A stretch of DNA of 64,000 nt from Polyangiaceae bacterium (lineage in GTDB: Bacteria; Myxococcota_A; Polyangia; Polyangiales; Polyangiaceae), in assembly GCA_965222375.1 (NCBI GenBank), contig CBDCTZ010000009.1, positions 1-64,000 on the forward strand, read 5' to 3'. Numbering within the stretch: position 1 is the stretch's first letter; each line of letters begins with the position of its first letter. The translations under genes were made by a program, and so were the position numbers. This document shows positions 1 through 10,000 of the stretch, one piece after another. The notes below the pieces were generated by a model. It was not told the DNA's origin. It saw nothing but the letters and a program-made list of their open reading frames with translations, and searched no databases.

Positions 1-2036
1 TCACCGGACCCTGCACTCGGTACTCCTGGGTGATCAGCCGCCCCGTCGTTGGATCTTTGCCCGTGCTCGCGATGGTCAGCTCGCCCTCGCTCTGCAGGAG
101 CTTCAGCGCGTAGCTCGCTCGCTCCGCGCCCTCCTCCTCGACGATGGCTAAGATCTTGTGCGCCAGATCACTCTCGCCCATGTAAAACAAGCTCTGCCCC
201 GTCATCGCCGAGTACTGCACGCGCTCTTCGTCGGGCATCAGCGCCAGCACCGCGTCCATCAGCGAGCTCTTGCCCGCGGCGCTCGAGCTTTGGATGATCA
301 CGGCCAGGGGGTCGTCCAGCTTGCGGCTCGTGGCAGCTAAGTAGCCGACGAGTTTGTTCGTTTCTTCGCCCACCACGCCGCAGTGGGCGAAGTCTCTCAG
401 GATCCGGTCGAAGAGTTCTGGGTCTCGAAGCAGCTCCAGCGCCTCGCGGCGCTCTTGCTCTGGGATCTGCTTTGGTTGTTTTGCGTCGGCCTCGGCTTGT
501 TTTGCACGCTCTTGGTGCTCTTCGAGCTGCATCAACACGATCCCGAGCTCGCGTTTGACGACGCGTTCTTCCAGCCCAAGCTCCAGCGACGCCTGCTTCG
601 TGAAAACCGCTCGTTGACGCGCGGAATACAGTTCCAACGCGTCCACGTGGAAGACGCCGCTGTCGCGGCCCACGAAGAAGGTTTACGCGGAGCTGCTCGC
701 CGGGGGTGTTCTTGCCAAGGCCGCGGGCTCGCCAGCGCCGATCTCCAAATCGAAACACCAAGTCCTCGCCCACGAGCTCGGGCTCCACTTTCGGATCAGC
801 AGCTAAGGAGGAAAGTGGTCTGGCCTCCGCTGCCGGTGTTGGCTTCGAGACTTCAACGACTTCCTCCGCGGCGGCGGGCGTGACCGGCTCCGGCTCGACG
901 CTACCTGCCATGCGCTTGCTCCCGCTCATCCACACCGCCTGGCGCACCGCCAGGCCCAGGCTCTGCGACGCTGGCCCCACCTTCAGCGCGTACTCATTGG
1001 CGTCCATGCCTTTCGGAAACACCACCCGGGCGCTGCCCACTCCCAGCTCGGAGAGCTCGCCTGAGAGTTTGTCCGCGGCCCGATCGCCGGCGTCGTCGCG
1101 ATCGTAGGCAATCAGCACGCGCTGCACGCCTTCGGTCACCAACGTTTCCCGCAGCTCGTCCGTGAAGCCCTCCACACCGTACGCCGTGGTCACGTTCCGG
1201 AAGCCTGCGCACCAGAAGGTCAGCGCATCGATCAGGCTCTCGCACAGGATGACCTCTCGAGCGCCTGCAATGCCGGAGAGGTTCCAAACGCCGCGATGCG
1301 GCCCGGGCAAATACAGGTGCTGCGGCGTCCCAGGACGCAGCCGCGCGGTGATCTTGCGACCGTACATCTCCACCACGCGGCCCTCGGCGTCGAAGACTGG
1401 GATCACCAGGGAGCCGTTCAGGTGCTCGTGCCCGCTCTCGCGGAAGATCCCGAGCCGCTCCAGCGCTTGGCGTAGCTCCGCACCGCTGCGTTGATTGCGA
1501 GATGGCAAGCGGTAGGACAGAGTGCGGTTCGCGAAGCCGAGACGGAAGTGTTCGATGGCTTCGTCGTTTCGAAGGCCTCGCTTCTCCAGATACGCAAGTG
1601 CTTCTGGGCTCTCCTGCAGCGTCTGCTGGTAGTACGCCACCACTTCCGCCATCAGCTCGCCGTCCGACGCAGCCGTATCCACGACCGCAGGCAGCTTCGG
1701 CAGCAGCGTCTTCTTCGCCGGCCGCCGCTTCGTCGGCTGTGCGACTAAGGAAGGATGATCTTTGCGCAGCACCTCAACCGCGTGTCGAAAGCTCACGCCC
1801 TCGGCCTTCATCACCCAGTCGATCACCGTGCCGCCCGCCTGGCATGCACCCAGGCAGTGCCAAAGGTTCTTCTCGGGCGTCACCACCAGGCTCGGCTCTC
1901 GGTCATCGTGAAACGGGCACAGCCCGATCAGATCAGATCCGTGCTTCTTCAGCGCCACGCCCCGTGCCTCTGCGAGCCGCTCCACCGAAATCTCTCGCTT
2001 CAACGCCCGGATTTCTTCCTCGCTTACTCTCGCCAT
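1..2036 (-). CDS. DNA primase (CHC2 zinc finger + Toprim) fused to a P-loop helicase-like domain; one frameshift near 675; runs off the window start
   Basis: CPFHDD...WHCLGAC zinc finger, [11 protein letters not shown] and IAYDRDDAG Toprim motifs. After a 1-nt shift near 672-680 another frame continues [11 protein letters not shown]...[15 protein letters not shown] (Walker A) to position 1. Start MARVSEE at 2036 follows GGGAG. Confidence 0.9.
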
Positions 2037-2106
2037 CTCACGCTCCCGCATGAAAATTGCTGTCAAGCACGGAATCGACCGCCTTGTCGTTTTTCATGCT
2101 GTACTC

Positions 2107-2135
2107 GGAATATCGTGTGATACGTTATTCGTCAA
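2107..2135 (-). promoter_or_regulatory. sigma70-type promoter of the primase gene, overlapped by an imperfect palindrome (candidate XRE operator, 2108-2130)
   Basis: Minus strand TTGACG-N17-TATTCC. GAATATCGT-N5-ACGTTATTC inverted repeat with one mismatch, between the divergent primase and XRE genes. Confidence 0.55.
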
Positions 2136-2184
2136 CTCGCAAAGGAGGGTGCAACCAGAAGTGCCGCTTACGATCCCCGCGCAC

Positions 2185-2568
2185 ATGCCGCGGAAGTCCA
2201 CTCTCAAACTCCCTCCCATCAAGCTGGGCAAAGACTCCCTTGGTCAGCGCATCGCACGACTGCGCAAACAGAAGGGGTTCACGCAGGTCGAGCTCGCTTC
2301 AAAGATGGGCATCATCCAGAGCCTCGTCTCCGACTACGAGCGCGACAGGCTCCGCCCCCACCCAGAGATGATCGTGCGCTTCGCCCTCGCCCTGGGCGTT
2401 TCCTCCGACGAGATCTTGGGTCTCACGAAAACCAAGGCGCCCAACGGCACCACCAAGAATCGCCGGCTACTCCGCCGCCTGCAGCAAATCGATAAGTTGC
2501 CCAGGCGCGATCAGGACGCCCTCCTGCGCACCATCGACGCATTCCTCGACCGAGGCGCCACACGATAA
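2185..2568 (+). CDS. XRE-family helix-turn-helix transcriptional regulator
   Basis: LGQRIARLRKQKGFTQVELASKMGIIQSLVSDYERDRLRP is a classic HTH_3 signature. Divergent from the primase. ATG 2185 chosen as the likely start. Confidence 0.9.
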   Translation: MPRKSTLKLPPIKLGKDSLGQRIARLRKQKGFTQVELASKMGIIQSLVSDYERDRLRPHPEMIVRFALALGVSSDEILGLTKTKAPNGTTKNRRLLRRLQQIDKLPRRDQDALLRTIDAFLDRGATR

Positions 2569-2571
2569 ACC

Positions 2572-3420
2572 ATGGGCAGGAAACCTCGTTCACCGAAACG
2601 AGAATCTCGCCAGCTCCGGACCAACCCGATCCGAGTCACACTTCGAGGTGATCCGAGTTCGCGGCAGAATGGGTGCTACGCACGGGACCTCGGTTGCTGC
2701 TCGAGCTCGCTTTCGGGGGAACACCTATTTTCAGCCGCGTTGCTTCGCAAGCTGTGTCAGGACGAGCGCGGAATCTTTCTGCGAGGCTTTCCCTGGACGC
2801 CAGACGGGAAATGGGTCCGCCCAGAAACTGTTGTGAGCCGCATGCTCTGCACCAACCACAACAATATCCTTGGCCCGTTCGATGCATTTGCCAACGTGTT
2901 CGACGACCAACTTCGGCGCATCGCGGGAGCAGGCACCGTCTCGACACACATTCAGTTCAATGGAAACAACCTCGAGCGCTGGATGTTGAAAACCCTTTGT
3001 GGGCTTCTCGCCTCCGGTAGCGCACGGAAGCACAACGCAAAAAAGCTGGCTTCCGACATCCCGGAGTTCTGGGTCAACGTCCTTTTCGGACGTTGCGATC
3101 TCGCTCCACCACTCGGTCTCTACATCAGCGGCACCATCGGAGAGCAGTGGGACATTCCCGACCGTAGCATCGCCATGGCGCCGCTCAGTTTCGGCGACCA
3201 AGTCGTCGGCTTGACACTTCAAATGCAGTGGCTGAGGTGCGCACTGATGATGAGTACATGGAAAGGGCAACCTGCTGGCGCGATCAACGCGCAGAGCATT
3301 CGCCGGCCCGCTCACCTGCGCGTCTTGAGTGGTCCCGCCGAGCACATGATTCAGTTCGTCTGGGACTCCGGTGCCGGGCCTGGCGTCGAGGTCACGTACA
3401 CGGCCGGGGAAGCCACGTAG
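2572..3420 (+). CDS. Hypothetical protein with HNH-like zinc-binding N-terminus
   Basis: CY...CC...SGEHLFS...MLCTNHNNILGPFD resembles HNH_5-type nucleases. Starts 3 nt after the XRE stop. Confidence 0.55.
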   Translation: MGRKPRSPKRESRQLRTNPIRVTLRGDPSSRQNGCYARDLGCCSSSLSGEHLFSAALLRKLCQDERGIFLRGFPWTPDGKWVRPETVVSRMLCTNHNNILGPFDAFANVFDDQLRRIAGAGTVSTHIQFNGNNLERWMLKTLCGLLASGSARKHNAKKLASDIPEFWVNVLFGRCDLAPPLGLYISGTIGEQWDIPDRSIAMAPLSFGDQVVGLTLQMQWLRCALMMSTWKGQPAGAINAQSIRRPAHLRVLSGPAEHMIQFVWDSGAGPGVEVTYTAGEAT

Positions 3421-3701
3421 AGGTACGCCGACGGTCGATGTGACCGCTTGCACCATTCAACTCACTGGCTGGCTAATGCGGCCGTTGGGCCAGACGGCGC
3501 CGGGCGAGTCCAGTTCGGATCGAGTTCAGGGTGAGTGGCCGACCCCGACGCTGTTTGGCGCTGCGCCGCAGGCCAACGAAGCATTAGCCAGTCTCACCCT
3601 GTAGACCCGCGGCCCGCTCGCGCGATCCACGGCTCGCCCCGCGCCGGACTCATGAGCGTCCGCCGCGGGGCCTGGCAGCAAGGACTCCGAGATTGCGGTG
3701 A

Positions 3702-4007
3702 TCAGTCCCGGGACTCCTCGTGCCTGTAGTTCGGCGTTGCACTAACTCCGCACATTGACCCGGTGTAGCGCTCGTCCGAAGCGTATTGAAACCAGACCTG
3801 ACTGCTGTCCGCCTCCTTGATGTCACGGCGATGTGCGACGCGCCTGAGTACCGCGTCCAAGGAGTCTCGGTGCGTACCGCAGTCGCGGTTTGCAACCTCA
3901 CTCCCATCCAACGAGACAGCCAGGTTTATCCACAGCCACGCCAACGTGCCGTTGGCCAGCAGAGAGAGCCCGAGCAACACCCCAAGGACAATCGTTAGGA
4001 TCTTCAT
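3702..4007 (-). CDS. Small membrane-anchored protein, candidate immunity protein of the RHS toxin
   Basis: Starts 8 nt after the RHS stop, same strand. N-terminal hydrophobic helix ILTIVLGVLLGLSLLANGTLAWLWINL. Confidence 0.55.
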   Translation of the reverse strand: MKILTIVLGVLLGLSLLANGTLAWLWINLAVSLDGSEVANRDCGTHRDSLDAVLRRVAHRRDIKEADSSQVWFQYASDERYTGSMCGVSATPNYRHEESRD

Positions 4008-4015
4008 ATGGCTCT

Positions 4016-7000
4016 TCACTGCTTTTCCGTTGCCTTCTCGGGTGTTTTGCTGGTCGGCGCTTTTCCGGAAGGCGTTTGCACAATTGGGGCCTTCGCTCGC
4101 TTGCCAGCACCAGGGTGACTCACACGGAGATCGTACTTTTTCCGGAAACGGTCAAGCACCTCTCGCGGAGACATGGCCTTGTCCGATTCGTGGCCCCACA
4201 GTGCACCGACCCAGCCCATCGCCAGGCCCCCCAGCAACTTCCCAGCTAGGCCAGGGCTACGGTCGATTCCTTTTTCACCACCTGACTTGACGACATCGTC
4301 GCAGAAGCTTGCGCAATTGTGTGTTTGAAGGTCATACGGTTTTCGCTTCGCGTCGCGGTTCTGTGCCTTACGCTTCTCCGCGTACTTGATCATTTCCGCT
4401 GACTTGTCGTTCTTGATGTACACACCCTCCACTCGTCCTCGATCGCCAGAGATCGCGGACACTTGCCGCAACAGCCGATCCATTGAGGCCTGGGTTGGGA
4501 GACGGGTCTTCCTGTCCATCTTCAGGTCGTGGACCTTCTTGCGACGCACCACGCCTCTGTCGTCTCCGTACCGCCCGTACTCGTAGTACCGGGTCTTGCC
4601 AGTCTTGTTGTCGATGATCAGGACACCCGCGTGGCCCAGGCTCATGCGCACGTCCTTGCCGCTAGACTTAGCGCCTGTCCTCACACGGTAGTCCGGAAAG
4701 CTAAGCACCATCGCGTCGAGCCCAAGTGGATCCGTCGCTTTGAGTGTCATTCCTCTCGCATACGCATAAACGTTCAGATCCGCTTCGCCCGGCGAATGGA
4801 TCGCCAACGGATCCGGCGACACCCACCGATTCAGGTGCGTACTGAGAAATCGCTTCCCAAAATAGTGCAACCCAACCGTTACATCCTCTTCCTTCCCCGT
4901 AAACTTGTAGTCCTCCCGAAACGCACTCCACCGTTCAGGTCGGTAGTCACTCTCAGTCGTTCCGTAAGCCTCGTACGTAGTCCGCTCCACGAGCTCGCCC
5001 GTCGCTTGGTCGAGCACCACGCTGCTTGACCCCAGGTTGTCCCCCAGCTCGAAGAACACATGCAGCCGGTCCCCCGCGCCAAACCTCGGCACATTGTGCT
5101 GCGGCGGCTCGTACACGAGGCGAGCCAGGCGCACGCCATTGGCAAACAGGTAGCCGACTTCGGTGGTCTCGCTCAGCTCGTAGTCACCGCCTTGGAAGCG
5201 AGCGCGGCGCAGTTCCAACGACGCAAAGATGTAGACGGTGTGGCGCTCGGCATTGGGGCCGCCGCCGGGGCCGCTCTTGGCGGACTTGATGACGCGTTGG
5301 TCGCCCGCGTCGTAGGCGTTGGTTAGATCGACATCCTCATTTGCTGAGGGCAGGGGGTTGTCGATGCCGGTGACGGCAGACGACGACATGTCCCAGCGCC
5401 GCGCTCGCGTCAGTCTCCCAACTTCGTCCCACTCGTACGCAAACAACTGATTGCAGCTCGAGTCCTCGGGCAAACAGATCCCATTTCGGTCCACCGCCAG
5501 TCGCGTCAGGTTGCCGCAATCGTCGTAGCGAGCTGCCAGGCGTCCGGTGCGCGTGCCTGGTGAAGACAAATTGTCCGCGGACGCGAGTTGATATGGCTTC
5601 GGGTCAGCGCCTGCTAGCGCTCCGTTGCCGATCGTGCCCAGAGAGCGATCGTAGAACCCGTGTGCATCGTCGTCGGTCTGCGAGGTGTTTCCGAGCCAGT
5701 CGTAGGAATACGTCTGCGAGAGCACCCGCTTGTCGAAAGCAACATGCGGCGACGGTTTGGCGCGTCGCGAGTCCTGGAGATTGCCGTCGCCGGAGTTCTC
5801 GGCGGCGAACGGCGACTTCCAAACGTCGTCACCAGCCGCGTATTGGTAGTCGACGCGCTTGACGCGATACAGATCATCGTATTGCGCCTTCTTCGTAACT
5901 GGCCTTGCCCCTTCGGGCCACTCGTCGGGGATGCGCCAGTCATGCACTTCGACCGGATTGGAGACGACATCGTAGGTGATCTCGTCGTCCTGGAGCAGCA
6001 GCTGGAAGCTGGGTTGGTGGTCCGGCCCAAACATGGGCGGCGGCGTGTACGCGGGTGGAATGTCGCTCCACTCGTTTGGAGGGCCGCGATACGTCTGCAC
6101 CGTGCTGACGCGGCGGCGCGTGTCGTAGACGTAGTCGGTGCGCGTGTCGGCCAGGTCTCCGTACTGCACGGAGTCGAGCAATCCATCGGCAGCGCGCACC
6201 ACCTTCTTGACGAGCGTGTTGTAGCTGCCTTGCACGCTCTGCACGGTGCCGCGGCGGGAGTAGGTCGTGGTGACGGCGGTGTTCTTGCCGGAGAGGGGGT
6301 CCAAGACGCCAGCGAGCTCCGTGGTCGTCGTGCCTGTGGTCATAGCGACTTCGCGGTCGGCGGAGTCGAAGAGCATCTCTTGCTGGTACCAGCGTGGTGC
6401 ATAGCGTTGTGCCAATGCGTCGTCGGGCACGCCGGGTTTGGCGACGCGCACCGCGCTGTCCGTGCTGCGGCCACGGCCATCGAAAGTCGTCACCGAGAGC
6501 GATGCGCGATCGTAGACCGCCACCAAGCGACCAACAACGAAGGGAGCCACCTGTCCATATCCGGGAGGCGGATCCGGCGATAGGGAATCGTAGTGATAGA
6601 GCACCTCGAGCCCGGTTCGCGCCGCGACGTTGGGCGTCGAGTAGGCTTGATGTTGCGCCTCGCAAGGTGAGTAGTCTTCACTGAGCAAGCGTCCTAGGCC
6701 GTCGTAGTCGAAGTTGATGCCGCAGCCGCGGGCGTCGCTTGTGCCTACTAGGTCGCCGGCGTCGTTGTAGGCGTAACGCCAGGCTTTGAGCGTCGTCGGG
6801 TTCTGTGTGGGGTCTGCGGTGTAGCCCTTAGTCGTGTTGGGCTCGACGTTGAGCACCATCCGCGCTTGGGAGTCGTAGCGCATCCAGCGGGTCACGCTTT
6901 CGCTCGAGCCCGCCAGCTCTCGCTTGATCACTTGCGGCTCGTTGGTGGGCAAGTAGGTGGTGCGGGTGATGCGCTCCCGCAGCGTGCTGCCTTCGTGGAA

Positions 7001-10000
7001 TCGCTCCGTCGTGAATGCCGTGCGCCCGTGGCCGTCCTTGGTCTCGCTGGCGAAAGTCCCGGCGTGGGGGCCGGCTTCCAGGTCCGCGGCGTCCCACATG
7101 TCCGTCGAAAGGGCGTGGTAGGCCGAGTACAGCGTGATGGTCCCGTCCAAGTCTGTCGTGAACTTCTGCCGCCCGAATGCATCATACCTCTGAGACCCAT
7201 ACGGAGCGCTGGGCACCGCCCCAAACGGAAACACCTTCGGTGTTCCGCTGTAGAAGCTCTCCAAGTGCTTGCGCTCCACGGTGCCCTTGTTGTCGAACGC
7301 GACTTGCCCACTGGCGATCCAGGGTGCACCGTCTTCCGTGTTGTCGGCTTCTTGCAAGGTCACCAATGTGCGGCCGAAGCCGTCGACGTAGCTCCAACTC
7401 TCCAGATACTCCGAGCCGTCGGCGATCGTCTCCGCGTCTTGCGTTTGCGTGTGGATGATCGAGTGGAACACCTGGCCCGGTGCTCCGAGGTCGGGCGGGA
7501 GGAAGTACTCGATGATCACGCTTGGTACGGGCGAGGCGATCCCCGGAGCATCGGGATGGGGCCTCGTCAGCGTCACGAGTCGCCCGAACCCGTCATAGGT
7601 CACCTCCGTGGGCTGCGCCTGCATGTCGCGCACGTCGGTCGCGAGCGCGAGCCCGCGATCATATTCCTCGACCTTTGTGGTGAGCGCCGCTGACGAGCAG
7701 CCATCGGTGCGCATGCGCTCCTCGATCGGAAGCTGCTTGAACGAGGTGTCGTAATCCACCTCCCGACACCGCCCATTCGGCCCGAACTCCTTGATTACGT
7801 TGCCAAATCCGTCGTACTCGGTCTGCCAAACGATGTCCGCTCCCGTCGACGCGTCCGCCGGCGGCGGCGCGACGGTGCCCCCGGTTGCATGGAAGCGATC
7901 GAGCACTTCGAAGCCACTGAGTTTCTGCGTGCTCGTCAGCGGCACGCCTTCGGGCGAGTACGCCGTGAGCGTCTCCTTCAAGATCCCATTGAAGTAGACG
8001 TTGCCGTCAACATAGGTCCGCACCGTCCGCCACAGCCAGCCGGTCGGATCGCCTGCGGGTCGACCGGGCTCGGTCACCGTCGTGATGACTTCGTCAATGC
8101 CGCCGGGGCAACCCTGGGTGCACCCAAACGCCAAGGCCTCTCGGCGATTGCCGTACACGTCCACTTGGCTGGTGCTCTCAATTCGTGCTCGTCCCGCCGT
8201 CGACTTGAGCGTCACTGAGCCGTTTTCGATGGTCCAATCCGCGTTGCTCGCCGCGGGCACAGCGGCGCTGCCATCGTCAACGGGCGCTCGCTCCACTTGC
8301 ACCCGCGGCAGCGTCACCGTTTCGGTTGCAGGGACGAAGTTGTCCGTATCGTACAGATACGACGTTTTCGACGTCTCGAAGGCATGCCGCACCTCGCGCC
8401 CATCGAGGCCGGTGTACAGCTTGCGAAGGCGATACGCCATCGTTTCCGTGGACAGCACGCGCCCGCTCTCGTCACGCTTCTCCGTCACGAACGGCAGCCC
8501 CTTGAGCGCTTCCCGCGGATTATCCCGCCAGCGCTCCGGGACGCTGCAATCAGCGATGCCATTGTCGATCCCGGCGCCAAATGCGGTTTCATCGACGCAC
8601 TCTCCGAGCAGAAACTGCGTTTCCGTGATGTCCGTCGGACTGTTGTCGTCGCCGATGCGCTTGGCGCTCGCGCGAGCGAAACCTCGGAATTCTCGTTGCC
8701 GCCCCTCGAAGACGGGGTCGCGATAGGTGTACTCCGTCACGTAGGTCCCCGCAGGTTTGCCCGCCACCGCGTGATTGTCCGTTTCAGTGACGCGCTTCAC
8801 GACGTGCGCCACCGTAGGCATCTTAGAAGACCACGCATCGCCCGCGGCTTCCGCCGCCAGCATCTCCGCCGTCGACGTCGAGTACTCCAGGTGCGTGCTC
8901 TTGCCGAGCCCGTTGTCGACTCGAGTCAACACGTGCGGCCGCTCGCCACCCTGCAAGTCGAGGTACTGATACTTCCCGCCATTGCCCCACAGAATGTCCC
9001 GGGTCCCGCTGCCGTTGATGTCGACCAGCCGGACCCGATTCGCATAGCTGGGACTCGCGGGCGTCCCTGCAATTACGTGCCGCGCGGTCCAGCCCTCGCC
9101 GTCGATGTTGAGCCACACGTCTACGTCCGTGAAGCGCACCTGCACCAAGTCCGACAGGCCGTCGCCATTGACGTCGTCCAGCCGTAGCGACTCGCCTTGA
9201 ATGTCCGAGTACTGGGGACTCGTGCCCATGATGATGTGCCGCCCCGAGCCGAACGTCCCACCAGGACAATCATCTCGCTTACCCATGCCCCAGAAGCCAT
9301 TGCCGCGCCCGGGCCAGTAGCGAATGTCCCCTTTCCTTATTCTGACGATGTCCTGGATCCCATCGCCATTCATGTCGGCGAGCTTGATGTCCGGATCACT
9401 GAAGCGCACCGGCGTGGCACTCCACGGAACACACGTCCGAACAGGCTCGTTCGATATGGTGGCCGTCGTTGGCCCGGTGCGCACCGCGCTCCCGAATTGC
9501 CCATCCCCACCCGGATAGCGCCCCAGTGCGAAGAATGTCTGCACCTCCGTCCCCGTCGTCACCACGACGTCCACTAGGCCGTCGAAGTTGACGTCCATGA
9601 CTTGGGTATCCAGAACATCCTTACCGAAGTCGATCTTCGGACTCTGCCCATCGGCGGTCGTGACTTCGCGCCCCCGCCAGGTCCAACCCGCCGGCGTCAG
9701 GGCGGGTTCGTAGACGGCGTAGGTTTTCACCTTGGGCATGTGCAGCAGGTTGATGGCCGCGTCGCCATCCACATCCAGCGCGGCGACGTTCAGGTTCTTC
9801 AGGGTGATGACGCTGGGGCCGCCGCCGATCACCCCCGTCACGCTCATCGGCACCACGCCGCCGAAGCGGTTGGCGTTGCCGGAGTCGCCGTTGAAGAACA
9901 CCCCGTGGCCCGAGCCGTACAGACCCGCTGCGGTGACCAGGACATCGGGCAGCGCGTCGCTGTTCACGTCGAAGAGATCGATCAGTTGCTCGTCCACCGA

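Noticed and set aside
168..670. C-terminal ~170 aa of the listed 632-aa primase ORF
   Set aside because: Out-of-frame read-through after the frameshift. The real P-loop domain is in another frame.
3421..3700. Ribozyme, attC site or SymE-type gene between the HNH-like and immunity genes
   Set aside because: I could not find a hammerhead core, attC boxes or a convincing ORF.
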